Assembly: GCA_963674695.2 (NCBI GenBank) | Contig: CAXXGI010000003.1 | Span: 480,001 to 544,000, forward strand | Source: a bacterium | GTDB taxonomy: Bacteria > UBA10199 > 2-02-FULL-44-16 > JAAZCA01 | DNA: 64,000 nucleotides | Direction of reading: 5' to 3' | In this document: positions 19,020 through 27,875 of the stretch, in pieces | How the letters are laid out: every line of letters begins with the position of its first letter | Numbering within the stretch: position 1 is the first letter of the stretch | Made by a program: the position numbers and the translations under genes | Notes under the pieces: model-generated | Told to the model about the DNA's origin: nothing | Database searches by the model: none | The model's input: only the letters and a program-made list of their open reading frames with translations

Positions 19020-19739
19020 TTATCCGCCGGCAAGTTCTGCTTCAGCTTGCGCGAATGCCTCAGCTACGCTCATCGCATGACCGTTTCCAGAAGTTGAAGG
19101 GGCAGAATTCGGAGCCGAAGCCGGGGTATTCTTGTCCTTGTTCCCGATCTCCGCGTAAATCTTGTCCTTCATCTCCTGTTCGATCTTCGCACGATCTACA
19201 GGGTTCGTCGCATTCCACGCGCTCTCTAAATCGAGAGCCGGAGACTGCGCCATCAGGTCAAGAACCTTGTTGCCCTGCACCTGACCCGTAATCGGGTCCT
19301 TGTAATCGTACTTGCTCCAATCATCGCCGAACTTCGCCTTGCCAACCTCGTATTGCTGCTTGTAGGCTGCCGCAAACTGCTGCTGTACCAGCGGTTGAAG
19401 AACCTTCTTTTCAATGTCCGAACGAATTGCTTGCGCGCCCTCGTAACCGAACTGCTCAACCATCGCATCGTGCTCCTGCTGCGTCATCGGCTGCGGTGCG
19501 TGCGAGGTTTGAGGAATCGATTGTACGCGCTGCAAAAGCCCTTCGTTTCGTGTGCGGAGTTCTTCGGCCTCAGACTCTAACGAGTTCTTTTGATCGTTGA
19601 TCTCCTTGAACCGTTCGTATGGAACCGGACCAGGCGTTTCAGTGTTTTGCGTCCCTGCGGACGGCGCTGGATCGGTCACTGGTTCGACTACTACTGGTTC
19701 GGGCGCTGACGGGGCTCCCTCTGTGTTTACGTCTGTCAT
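19020..19739 (-). CDS. Capsid scaffolding protein
   Basis: PVPYERFKEIN motif, coiled coil, between portal and capsid. Confidence 0.7.
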   Translation of the reverse strand: MTDVNTEGAPSAPEPVVVEPVTDPAPSAGTQNTETPGPVPYERFKEINDQKNSLESEAEELRTRNEGLLQRVQSIPQTSHAPQPMTQQEHDAMVEQFGYEGAQAIRSDIEKKVLQPLVQQQFAAAYKQQYEVGKAKFGDDWSKYDYKDPITGQVQGNKVLDLMAQSPALDLESAWNATNPVDRAKIEQEMKDKIYAEIGNKDKNTPASAPNSAPSTSGNGHAMSVAEAFAQAEAELAGG

Positions 19740-21646
19740 ACTGCACCTCCTGGACCCATCGGTCCCTGAACTGGTGATGGAGCCACAGGACTACCCTGCG
19801 GCCCCGCCCCTGGCGCTGGTAATGGCGCAGGGGTAGGCTGTTCAGCCCCTTTAAAAGACTGACCAGTCATGGGCATCGGCGGCGCACTCGCTGCCTCTGC
19901 CATTTGGTTTGCTTGCATCTGGGCCTCGAACATCTTGTGACCCAAAATGTGGATGATGTTCTCGTTGTTCCCGTTCGATTCCTGCTCGTGAATCATCCGG
20001 TGCTTCTTGTGATTCTCGTTGATCTTCGGCGCAATGTACGAGCCCGCGTTCAATAGCCGCGATTCTTCCATCGGATTATCTTTCTTCATCGTGAGGTTGT
20101 CGTTTCGCACGTCAAACACCTCGACCGCTTCGTTAAGGACTTCTTCAATATCCAGTCCAGGCATGAGGTTCCCGGTAGCCACAAACTTCATGAACCCCTG
20201 GAATTTCGCCATGCGGGTCTGGTCATTGTCCGGCATGGTTGACCCGGCCTTGATCCTGACCTTGAGCTTCTTTGAAATATCCTTCTTGGTAATCTTGAGG
20301 AATGGATGCTTCGCGGTCCCCTCGATCGTTTCGCCGAGACGGTCCTGATAATCCATGAACTTGTTGTCGGTCATGCCTGTCAGGGCGACAGTCTTCGTTG
20401 CGCTGTAGTTTTTCTGCATCAACTGAATCCACTTTCCGGCAATGGATGCAATCACCTCTTCAAGCCGCTCAAGGTTCTCGCTCGAAATCTCCTGCGCGGC
20501 CATCTCGACGGCCTTAACTTCCGTTGCTGTTTTTTCACCGGAGGTCTGACGCGGTGCTTGCTTGCTTATTGTCTGGATGTCCTGACGAACTGCTTGCTCT
20601 GCGGCAAAAAGCTGCGGGTCAAGGGCTGCGTGCGTGAGTGGTTCTACATCCTGACTCGCACCAAGTTCAACAACGACCGAATCATCACTCGACTTCAACT
20701 GCGCCTTCTGCGTCTCGTCCAGATCGCCACGGGCCTTATATTTCGAATTCCCCTTCTTCGCATGGTTCAAAAGCATCGTCCGGAACGTCGCGAGCTCAAT
20801 TAGTTGGTCACGCCAGAAGAAATAATCTGATTTTGTATCAGGGCGGTCCGGGATGTCGTTGTATTCGAGGAAATCATACATCGTATCGAACGGATAAGTC
20901 TTGCTCTCCGGTTTCTTCACGAACTTATCGATCCCCTCGACGATTACGCAAACCTTTCCATTCTTCCGGTCTTCAATCTCGTAATAGGTACCATACTGAA
21001 AATCGCTTTTAACTTCGTTCCCGTAGTCATCCAGGTCCTTTGATCCCTTGTCCGACTTCGTAACCGTGATGTCGCTCCGCTTCTTAATCCAGAACTTCTC
21101 GGCGATGTCGGATACCTTCGACTCGATCTCATGTGCAATCCACGGGGACGTTTTCCAGCTCGTGGCACTCGGGTCTTTGAGCAATTGCTTCAACGGCACC
21201 CGATCGGTTCGCACGTCGTCATTCTTGACGCGATCGTCCCACTCGTCCTTTACGAAGTTCTTCTTGAAGTTGAAGTACGTCTTGAACCCGCAAACACCGT
21301 AGAACTTCGTGCTCTTGATCCCATCCCGCATCAGCGATTTCATCTTCAACTCGGGCCATTTGATATTGACCGCAAGCTCGGCGCGCTCCGCGTCCTGCTC
21401 GGCGCCGGGCTCGTCGGGATCGATAAATATCTTGGGATTTCGGGAATAGTATTCAGGGACGGACTGCTTCATGTCGACGTAGACGAGATTTACCGCCACG
21501 CCGTCAACAAAGCCCGCTTTTGATGGAATCTTGCCTTCGTAGTGCTCGACGGACTTATCACCGTCTTTGAGCACTGGCTTTCGCGCTTCCTTCGCAAGCG
21601 AAATGCGGGCCTTCCAAACGTCGTATTGTTCTTTTAGCGTTGCTAT
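19736..21646 (-). CDS. Portal protein (P22-like); probable ATA start at 21646, first GTG at 21574
   Basis: KTATEV motif, Pro-rich tail, downstream of terminase. Confidence 0.8.
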   Translation of the reverse strand: MATLKEQYDVWKARISLAKEARKPVLKDGDKSVEHYEGKIPSKAGFVDGVAVNLVYVDMKQSVPEYYSRNPKIFIDPDEPGAEQDAERAELAVNIKWPELKMKSLMRDGIKSTKFYGVCGFKTYFNFKKNFVKDEWDDRVKNDDVRTDRVPLKQLLKDPSATSWKTSPWIAHEIESKVSDIAEKFWIKKRSDITVTKSDKGSKDLDDYGNEVKSDFQYGTYYEIEDRKNGKVCVIVEGIDKFVKKPESKTYPFDTMYDFLEYNDIPDRPDTKSDYFFWRDQLIELATFRTMLLNHAKKGNSKYKARGDLDETQKAQLKSSDDSVVVELGASQDVEPLTHAALDPQLFAAEQAVRQDIQTISKQAPRQTSGEKTATEVKAVEMAAQEISSENLERLEEVIASIAGKWIQLMQKNYSATKTVALTGMTDNKFMDYQDRLGETIEGTAKHPFLKITKKDISKKLKVRIKAGSTMPDNDQTRMAKFQGFMKFVATGNLMPGLDIEEVLNEAVEVFDVRNDNLTMKKDNPMEESRLLNAGSYIAPKINENHKKHRMIHEQESNGNNENIIHILGHKMFEAQMQANQMAEAASAPPMPMTGQSFKGAEQPTPAPLPAPGAGPQGSPVAPSPVQGPMGPGGAV

Positions 21647-21687
21647 GACTCAACTGCTGCCACCCGACCGACTTGCTTTCCCCCGAC

Positions 21688-22011
21688 CTACGGTTTCTGC
21701 GCACCAATAAACACCAGAGCCTTGATCCCCTCGACAAGTGGCAGGCGCCGCGTGTACTCTTCCGGACTCTTCACGCGCGCTTTCAAGCACTCCAACTCCG
21801 AAGCGTAGAGGTTCGCCTTGATCTTATCAAGATCGTAACTATCGCAGTTCATTGCGAAGCAATCCTTGCACATTCCGACGATCGTTCTTTGCCCGCCGTC
21901 ACGGATGATGTGCACGTTTCTCCCGGCGAGGTCGATTCCCTGTGAAAGTTCCTCAACCGTCCACCGTGGTTCGCCGCAATTTACGCATCCGCCTTGCCAT
22001 TGTTTCGGCAT
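21688..22011 (-). CDS. Small CxxC-pair protein
   Basis: CVNC and CKDC motifs. Confidence 0.5.
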   Translation of the reverse strand: MPKQWQGGCVNCGEPRWTVEELSQGIDLAGRNVHIIRDGGQRTIVGMCKDCFAMNCDSYDLDKIKANLYASELECLKARVKSPEEYTRRLPLVEGIKALVFIGAQKP

Positions 22012-22235
22012 GTGACACCGTCTTTCAAGTAGAACAAAACATGCTGACAAACCGGACACACCACCTTTGAACCAAGTTCCGGCAATAAATATCCGCTCAA
22101 TGAGACAAGACTCCTCTCGTCCAATATAGATTCACGTCCGATTTCACGCCACCCTCTGACATAAAATAGGTCGAGTTCGCAATTCGGGCAGTCAATGACT
22201 CCATGTGTGGAATGGATATAAACATCAGCTCTCAT
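21981..22235 (-). CDS. Small CxxC-pair protein
   Basis: CPNC and CPVC motifs; GAGG RBS. Confidence 0.5.
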   Translation of the reverse strand: MRADVYIHSTHGVIDCPNCELDLFYVRGWREIGRESILDERSLVSLSGYLLPELGSKVVCPVCQHVLFYLKDGVTCRNNGKADA

Positions 22236-22302
22236 GTATTGCCTCGCTCTGATCGGGGGGGCTGGGGTGTCGGGTTCCCCTGCCCGCCTAGGATGTCCCC
22301 GA

Positions 22303-23694
22303 TCACAACGCCCCAATTCTCCGGGGTTTCAATTTCTCCTCACGTTCCGCCTGTCGTTCCGCCGCTTCCATCATCGTCATTTTCTTGTCCTGGTTCTTCC
22401 ACAACGGCGGCCGACTCATCAGTCCAAGCCTACAGCTTTCAAGCGCGTGATCGACACAGTCATCAGCAATATCCTCGACGTTTCTTTTGCTGTGATATGC
22501 TGACGTTAATTCCTCAATCAAATTCACGCATTGATTCGATATGTGCCACCACGAAGACTTCCCCCCCTGATAGTCTCGAAGTCTCAAGTAATCCCTCATC
22601 CGCGACCAGCCATCAATGCGCGACGAATCGCCCATCACCATCGGCACGCCGTTTTCGGCCCAAATGTCAGACCGTTTGACACTGGCCAACTTTCCATGTT
22701 TCCAATGCTCCACCTTGACCGGAAAGCTCTGTGGATCGCCGACAGTGTATTTGACGTCTTCGCTTTCCGCTGTGTAGCTGGCGACCTCTTGAGCGGCGAC
22801 GATGTCGTGCTTTTCGGTTTCATAATATTCCCGATACGTGTAAATGTGCTGATCCGGTCCTATCGCGTGCCAATAAACAGCCATCGGACTCGTGTATCCC
22901 CAATCTACTGTCCTGAACCGTGGCCAACTTTCAAGGATGCGAATATCAGCAGGGCTGTAAACGTGATGAACCCGATCAAACTCTGTGAAGTACGCCCCTT
23001 CGAATACATCCCAATTTCCATCTCTCCACGCTGATCGAAGAGGCTCCGGCAGACCGTTTAAAAAGTTCAGGTAATCCGGATCCTTTTTCATCAGCGTGGG
23101 GTTGTCTGTCACCTTCCCCGGAATGAATATTCTCGTCCTGCCAGTCACGGGATCAACGTATTTCGTCCCAGGTGGCGCGATCGATACGAACCGACCCTTG
23201 ACCCATCCGTGCCCAGGACCGCCAGGGTTCGACGTGTTGAACACCCTTGCGTCAATGCCATCAACCGTGGAGCGACAGGAGCTTATCAGCTTCAGGTAGC
23301 GTTTCTCGCTCGGTATCTGCGTCAACTCCTCGATCAACATCCGCTGATATTCATGCCCCTGGTACTTCTCGTAGGCGTTCTCGTCCTTGAGGTGGCCCGT
23401 CCTGATCTTCGCTCCGGAAGGAAACCTGATTTCCGCCGGTTGACCGATCACTTCGCCACCGCTTGACGCGTACATGAACCGTGCGCGGTCCAGCCAATCC
23501 CTCAAATCGTCCGCGTTCTTGCGGATCACCAACCCCCTGTATCGAGGGAACCGAATCGGCTTGGTCATCCACACGATTCCCCCATCCGTCTTCCCTGGCC
23601 CCCTTGCCCCCCCATAGAGGAGTTCAAACGCCACGGTCCGTAACGCCATCTCTTGCGGTCCGGGGTGAGGCTTCCATGTCAAAGAGCTACTCAT
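22303..23694 (-). CDS. terL: Terminase large subunit
   Basis: GGARGPGKT Walker A, IEELTQ Walker B, TSNPGGPGHGWVK, VDWG and DHALESCR nuclease motifs. Confidence 0.92.
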   Translation of the reverse strand: MSSSLTWKPHPGPQEMALRTVAFELLYGGARGPGKTDGGIVWMTKPIRFPRYRGLVIRKNADDLRDWLDRARFMYASSGGEVIGQPAEIRFPSGAKIRTGHLKDENAYEKYQGHEYQRMLIEELTQIPSEKRYLKLISSCRSTVDGIDARVFNTSNPGGPGHGWVKGRFVSIAPPGTKYVDPVTGRTRIFIPGKVTDNPTLMKKDPDYLNFLNGLPEPLRSAWRDGNWDVFEGAYFTEFDRVHHVYSPADIRILESWPRFRTVDWGYTSPMAVYWHAIGPDQHIYTYREYYETEKHDIVAAQEVASYTAESEDVKYTVGDPQSFPVKVEHWKHGKLASVKRSDIWAENGVPMVMGDSSRIDGWSRMRDYLRLRDYQGGKSSWWHISNQCVNLIEELTSAYHSKRNVEDIADDCVDHALESCRLGLMSRPPLWKNQDKKMTMMEAAERQAEREEKLKPRRIGAL

Positions 23695-24130
23695 CTTCCT
23701 TCGGCACGTAGAGTACTATCCCAACAGGTCTATCGGGATCGCCGGACAATTCGCTTTTGTCCGTCCACTTGTGCATATTCTTCAATGCAAAAATCGTTGC
23801 GGAAGGAACGAGCGAACCGGACATCATCCCACAGACCATCTTGTTCAATTGAATATCCTTGGCCATTTTATATGCCATGGAAAATTCGTCATGTTTTCCG
23901 CACCATTCAATCAACGTCCCGGTGTGAACGCCTATTTTGTCAGCGAAACCCTCGAAGAAGTTTGGAAGCTCACCGAGCTTGTGTTCGGTGACGTTGCCCT
24001 CATACGAAAACAGCTTGTAGACATCTTCCCCACCATCGCGCATGTGGTCGATAAGCTGCTGGCAATACTCTGGCTTGTATTTAGTGGGGCGACCAACCGG
24101 ACGTTTGCTCTTTTTCGGTTTATTGCTCAA
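23687..24130 (-). CDS. terS: Terminase small subunit
   Basis: VGRPTKYKPEY, TLIEW...EFS.AY, IFALKN..KW.DK; TTG start after GGAGAGG. Confidence 0.8.
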   Translation of the reverse strand: MSNKPKKSKRPVGRPTKYKPEYCQQLIDHMRDGGEDVYKLFSYEGNVTEHKLGELPNFFEGFADKIGVHTGTLIEWCGKHDEFSMAYKMAKDIQLNKMVCGMMSGSLVPSATIFALKNMHKWTDKSELSGDPDRPVGIVLYVPKEDE

Positions 24131-24255
24131 AGTACCTCTCCCGCGTTTCGCAGGAAAGGGCGGGCATCTCACCGTGGGGGTAAATTGAAATGCTGACGAG
24201 CGTGCCCGGTTCCCTTCCCACACATCAGAGATTAGCACGCCGTCAAGAATAACGC

Positions 24256-24471
24256 CTATGGGATTGAATGGTAGAGTGTGGTTTTGTTCGGTAGGTTTTT
24301 TGATTTCACGATGTTTTTGTCCATCCACTTCACAAGATCGCATTCCTCAACGACGATCCTTCCGTTGATTCGCTTGATTGGGAGCGGGCTGCTTTCATGC
24401 CACCGCCTCACGGTTTCCCAGCTTCGCCCGACTCTCTTTCCTATACCCTTCCATCCCCACAGTAAGCTCAT
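24256..24471 (-). CDS. Small HTH (Xis/AlpA-like) DNA-binding protein
   Basis: LWGWKGIGKRVGRSWETVRRW...LPIKRINGR. Confidence 0.65.
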   Translation of the reverse strand: MSLLWGWKGIGKRVGRSWETVRRWHESSPLPIKRINGRIVVEECDLVKWMDKNIVKSKNLPNKTTLYHSIP

Positions 24472-24755
24472 ATCAACCCCCCAGGTCCTATAGCAATCGT
24501 CACTTTCTCCAAACCAACCTCCATTCGGATTCTACGAATCATGGCTTCGATGTTTTCGGAAACTGACAGTCTGCCATCCCAACGTCCTCCGATGCGTATC
24601 TCGTCGATACACCGCTCGCGCTCTATTGCAACGGCTTTGGCAATAGCCTCATCCCAACATTCCTGGCATGGCATATGGATCGGAGCGTTTGCAATACTGC
24701 CTCCACAATGTCTTGTGCATCTTGTCTCACTCATCACTCCCCCTTGCGGCATCAA
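24468..24755 (-). CDS. Hypothetical protein with ERERC module
   Basis: Coupled ORF; AVAIERERC shared with neighbouring genes. Confidence 0.5.
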   Translation of the reverse strand: MMPQGGVMSETRCTRHCGGSIANAPIHMPCQECWDEAIAKAVAIERERCIDEIRIGGRWDGRLSVSENIEAMIRRIRMEVGLEKVTIAIGPGGLI

Positions 24756-24809
24756 CTCGTTTTCGTATGCTCTCCACCTGTTCTTCTTTCTGTGTCATTG
24801 CCCCCCCCC

Positions 24810-25151
24810 TCATTCCTCACGGCCACTTTGTCCAGTGAGAAGCTCAATTTGCTGGGCAACTCTCTGAAATCCAGTCTGCTTATTCTTGACAGACTGCTCA
24901 TTCAGCGTCGAAAGGTGCTGCAACAATTGCCCCTGAATCTTTCCGAGTTCCGCATATAGGTTCGTCATGAAAGCAATGAGGCCCGCAAGCTGTTTGTCGG
25001 CTTTAAGAACCGCGTTGTCCTCGGACTCTTGTATTTCAAGTCGAAGTCCTCCGTTTATCCGTCTTTGCTGTTCCAAGCACTGTTCCAACCAGCAGATCTT
25101 TTTTTCATAGACTTTATTTTCCATGGTTCCTCCCTTTTTTCTTTGGATCAT
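24810..25151 (-). CDS. Coiled-coil hypothetical protein
   Basis: Co-oriented; GGAGG before the internal Met. Confidence 0.5.
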   Translation of the reverse strand: MIQRKKGGTMENKVYEKKICWLEQCLEQQRRINGGLRLEIQESEDNAVLKADKQLAGLIAFMTNLYAELGKIQGQLLQHLSTLNEQSVKNKQTGFQRVAQQIELLTGQSGREE

Positions 25152-25381
25152 TAAAGTATCATCACCTCTGCCGGATAAAGTATTGGTACACCGATCAAAC
25201 TTATATCAAGCAACGTACCCTCATAACCTACCGGACACCTAGCAACGTCTCTCAACCACCTCGCAACATCTTCGCGGTTTCCTTTCGAGGTCAGTATTGC
25301 TTTCGGCCTAAGCCCTCTTTCCAGTTCAAAATGCCTGCACGACTTAATTAAATCCTCGAGATTGTTTATTTCGAGAGACAT
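25151..25381 (-). CDS. Hypothetical protein
   Basis: Tightly coupled ORF. Confidence 0.5.
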   Translation of the reverse strand: MSLEINNLEDLIKSCRHFELERGLRPKAILTSKGNREDVARWLRDVARCPVGYEGTLLDISLIGVPILYPAEVMIL

Positions 25382-25858
25382 TCACTCCCCCTTTCGGATC
25401 GCTTCCAGTACGGCAGAGCAACATCCGCACAGCGCATTGTACTCATCGATTGTGAGTACAACGACGTTTCCTGCGCTGTTGTGTCCTGGATTTACGTCAT
25501 TGATAATAAGTCTGGTTTCTTCAGCCCACAACACTTCCACTTTCCTCATACACCGCTCCCTCTCTGCCGCTACACCACGACTCCACGCAAGCGAGCAATT
25601 CAACTCATAATCAGCAGCCCATCGTTTGAGATTTTTTGCCATTTCTTTATCCATCACTTCCATTTTCTGTACTTCTTTCATCAGCCGATCGATCTCCTCA
25701 CGCATCCGCTCCTCTGTCCTGCACATCTCGGCCAGGTATGGGCATGTTGATATGCAGTTGTTCGTTGGTTTATCCGTCGCTCCCTTACTCGTATTGCGGC
25801 GGCTATACTCAAACCCAGCCTGTGCTATCGTTTCGGCTAACGGCTTGTCACTATCCAT
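25382..25858 (-). CDS. Mosaic hypothetical protein
   Basis: Shares ATDKPTNNCISTCPYLAEMCRTEER with 26074-26364. Confidence 0.55.
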   Translation of the reverse strand: MDSDKPLAETIAQAGFEYSRRNTSKGATDKPTNNCISTCPYLAEMCRTEERMREEIDRLMKEVQKMEVMDKEMAKNLKRWAADYELNCSLAWSRGVAAERERCMRKVEVLWAEETRLIINDVNPGHNSAGNVVVLTIDEYNALCGCCSAVLEAIRKGE

Positions 25859-26064
25859 CGCTCCCCCCTTCTAATTCGATCCACGATCAGCTGCGCTTCG
25901 TTATCGGACGAACACAGCCCGAAGATGATCGAGCAGCACCGCTCACGCTCTTTGGCAGCTGCCTCTTTCGTTATCTTCTCTTCGTGTTCGCAGATACATA
26001 GCATCTGTTCATAATTCTCGTCGTTCATATAATCGGAACCGCATTTTGGGCATCTTCCATACAT
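25837..26064 (-). CDS. Mosaic hypothetical protein
   Basis: Shares ERERCCSIIFGLCSSDNEAQ with 26361-26576; GGAGG RBS. Confidence 0.55.
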   Translation of the reverse strand: MYGRCPKCGSDYMNDENYEQMLCICEHEEKITKEAAAKERERCCSIIFGLCSSDNEAQLIVDRIRRGERWIVTSR

Positions 26065-26073
26065 AACTACCTC

Positions 26074-26364
26074 CTATCGCTCGCGCTCGGCCTCCTTCTC
26101 TTTCAGCAGCCGATCGATCTCATCACGCAGCCGCTCCTCTGTCCTACACATCTCGGCCAGGTATGGGCATGTCGATATGCAGTTGTTCGTTGGTTTATCC
26201 GTCGCTCTCTGATTGTTTTCGATTGCTTCCGATGCGATGGCGCATAGTTTTTCTATAAGCCTTTCTGGATTTACCACAACATCCGTCAGAGGATTCCATG
26301 TATCGTCCGTTCCCCTATCTCCTATTGCCGCCATAATAGCTTCTCTGATTTCCTTATCCATCAC
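26074..26364 (-). CDS. Mosaic hypothetical protein
   Basis: Carries the duplicated module; coupled start. Confidence 0.55.
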   Translation of the reverse strand: MMDKEIREAIMAAIGDRGTDDTWNPLTDVVVNPERLIEKLCAIASEAIENNQRATDKPTNNCISTCPYLAEMCRTEERLRDEIDRLLKEKEAERER

Positions 26365-26576
26365 TCCCCCTTTCTGATTCTATCTACGATCCGTTGCGCC
26401 TCGTTGTCCGACGAACACAGCCCAAAGATGATCGAGCAGCACCGCTCACGCTCTGTTGCGACGGCATCACATATTGCCTCCAAGCAAAATGACGAAGACA
26501 GCATTTGTCCAGGCTGCACTTTATCCCCGTCGAGATAGTTATTCTCGAACCACTTTTTAAGCTCATCGTGTGTCAT
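26361..26576 (-). CDS. Mosaic hypothetical protein
   Basis: Carries the duplicated C-terminal module. Confidence 0.5.
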   Translation of the reverse strand: MTHDELKKWFENNYLDGDKVQPGQMLSSSFCLEAICDAVATERERCCSIIFGLCSSDNEAQRIVDRIRKGE

Positions 26577-26611
26577 TTCTTCATCTCCCTCTCCAGATCC
26601 TCCAACGCCCT

Positions 26612-26950
26612 TTACTTCTGCTCCGTTGGAAGACTGTGCTTCCACGGCATGAAGTCGGTAACGGTTTCGAGATTGACAAAAACATCACCAACTGGCTCAA
26701 CTTCAGATAGGGTTCCATCCTTGATGGCGTTCATAAACCTACCACTATCAGCTACCCACGATGCAGAGACGAGATGAAGAAAACTTCCGACCCTCGCCTT
26801 CACTTTACCAACAAAGTGATATGTAACCGTTCGGATGAAGAAAGAATTTCCAATCATTTCATCAAAGCATGAAAGTTCAAAGTCTGTGTCTTTCAATTGA
26901 GCCTTGATTGTTTCATACGTCTCGTCACTGATTACAATTGTCCTTGTCAT
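26612..26950 (-). CDS. Putative Sm/LSm-like beta-barrel protein
   Basis: IGNSFFIRTVTYHFVGKV...LHLVSASWVADSGRF...VFVN pattern resembles Sm1/Sm2 strands; AGGAG RBS. Confidence 0.5.
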   Translation of the reverse strand: MTRTIVISDETYETIKAQLKDTDFELSCFDEMIGNSFFIRTVTYHFVGKVKARVGSFLHLVSASWVADSGRFMNAIKDGTLSEVEPVGDVFVNLETVTDFMPWKHSLPTEQK

Positions 26951-26986
26951 TGTGTTCTCCTTTTTAGGTTTGTTTTACACCACCAA

Positions 26987-27199
26987 TTAACTCGACCTAG
27001 ACCTAGACCTAGACCTCGACCACGACCTCGACCACGACCTCGACCACGACCTCGACCTCGACCACGACCCCGACCACGACCCCGACCTCGACCACGACCC
27101 CGACCACGACCCCGACCTCGACCTCGACCCCGACCTCGACCTCGACCACGACCCCGGCCACGACCTCGACCCCAACCCTGTATAACTTATCACTATCAT
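26987..27199 (-). CDS. Ser-Arg/Trp/Gly dipeptide-repeat peptide
   Basis: About 30 hexamer repeats TCG-NGG; GAGGAG-like RBS; directly upstream of the Sm-like gene. Confidence 0.6.
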   Translation of the reverse strand: MIVISYTGLGSRSWPGSWSRSRSGSRSRSGSWSGSWSRSGSWSGSWSRSRSWSRSWSRSWSRSRSRSRSS

Positions 27200-27410
27200 G
27201 TCATCCTCACTCTCTCCTATACCTCATATCCTGCGCTGCGAAGTTCTTCGTCAAGTATTTGAACGACAGCACTGGTAGCTGGCCTGGCAAACCACTCCCG
27301 TCTTACTGCCAGAGCTGCCTCTGCAACCTTCTCCAGTTGCTCGATGCGCTTCGTCAGCTCCTGACCACTCCGCACCAGTACTTTTGTTTTCATACAATCC
27401 TCCCTTACAA

Positions 27411-27533
27411 CGACACTATCGGTGGCCGGTCATGAGTTTATATGGCTTCCGGTGGAGCATCTGGTTCGTCCCGGGCCTACTCCAGATTTTTCCTGCCCGC
27501 TCTTTGGATGTTTCACCCGCACCAACAGCGTCG
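27411..27533 (-). ncRNA. Multi-branched structured RNA candidate
   Basis: 14-bp closing stem with three G-U pairs on the minus strand only; internal ATCTGG/CCAGAT, GAGC/GCTC and CCGG/CCGG stems. Confidence 0.5.
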
Positions 27534-27542
27534 ATGAAAGAG

Positions 27543-27620
27543 GGCGGTGGCTCATCGGGCAAGACGAAAGCCTATGTGGGGTCCGTCAGTGAGCATCCCG
27601 ACCCCTGCACCGCACCGCCA
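27543..27620 (-). ncRNA. Three-way-junction RNA candidate, copy 2
   Basis: GGCGGTG/CACCGCC closing stem; GGGGTC/GACCCC and GGCTT/GAGCC arms. Confidence 0.5.
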
Positions 27621-27628
27621 ACTTTCGG

Positions 27629-27784
27629 TTACTTTGAAAGAGCAAAGTACAACACATAAAACCAGCCGAGAAACCCATGCAGTATAGCCCATCCGATTGA
27701 GTGGTTGACGCTATAACTGAGTATCATCCCCAACGCGCTACCCATTCCAATCCCAGTTGATATAGCCTGCGAGTTTGCTGACAT
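27629..27784 (-). CDS. Small membrane protein, 51 aa (not in the ORF track)
   Basis: MSANSQAISTGIGMGSALGMILSYSVNHSIGWAILHGFLGWFYVLYFALSK; AGGAG RBS. Confidence 0.65.
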   Translation of the reverse strand: MSANSQAISTGIGMGSALGMILSYSVNHSIGWAILHGFLGWFYVLYFALSK

Positions 27785-27808
27785 ATGCTCTCCTTTCCAT
27801 TAAAATTA

Positions 27809-27875
27809 TGGCGGTGTCTGGTTCCAAGGCCAGATTTGTGTCCGCAGGGTTGCGATCCCTGTAACGGCACCGCCA
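27809..27875 (-). ncRNA. tRNA-like three-way-junction RNA candidate, copy 1
   Basis: TGGCGGTG/CACCGCCA closing stem; CAGGG-ATCGCAA-CCCTG and TCTGG-N8-CCAGA arms. Confidence 0.5.

Noticed and set aside
25682-26455. Duplicated segments as DGR template and variable repeats
   Set aside because: Mismatches are not confined to adenines, and no reverse transcriptase is present in the window
26897-27262. Plus-strand Pro-Arg repeat ORF
   Set aside because: Antisense reading of the hexamer array, opposite to the operon direction
27543-27620. Hammerhead ribozyme
   Set aside because: CTGACGG does not match the CUGANGA core, and GAAA is not correctly placed
27632-27644. Third boxA (TGCTCTTTCAAA)
   Set aside because: Lies inside the small membrane-protein ORF and can be explained by coding sequence
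27809-27875. Canonical tRNA-Ala(CGC) gene
   Set aside because: No D arm and no GTTC T-loop; kept only as a tRNA-like candidate
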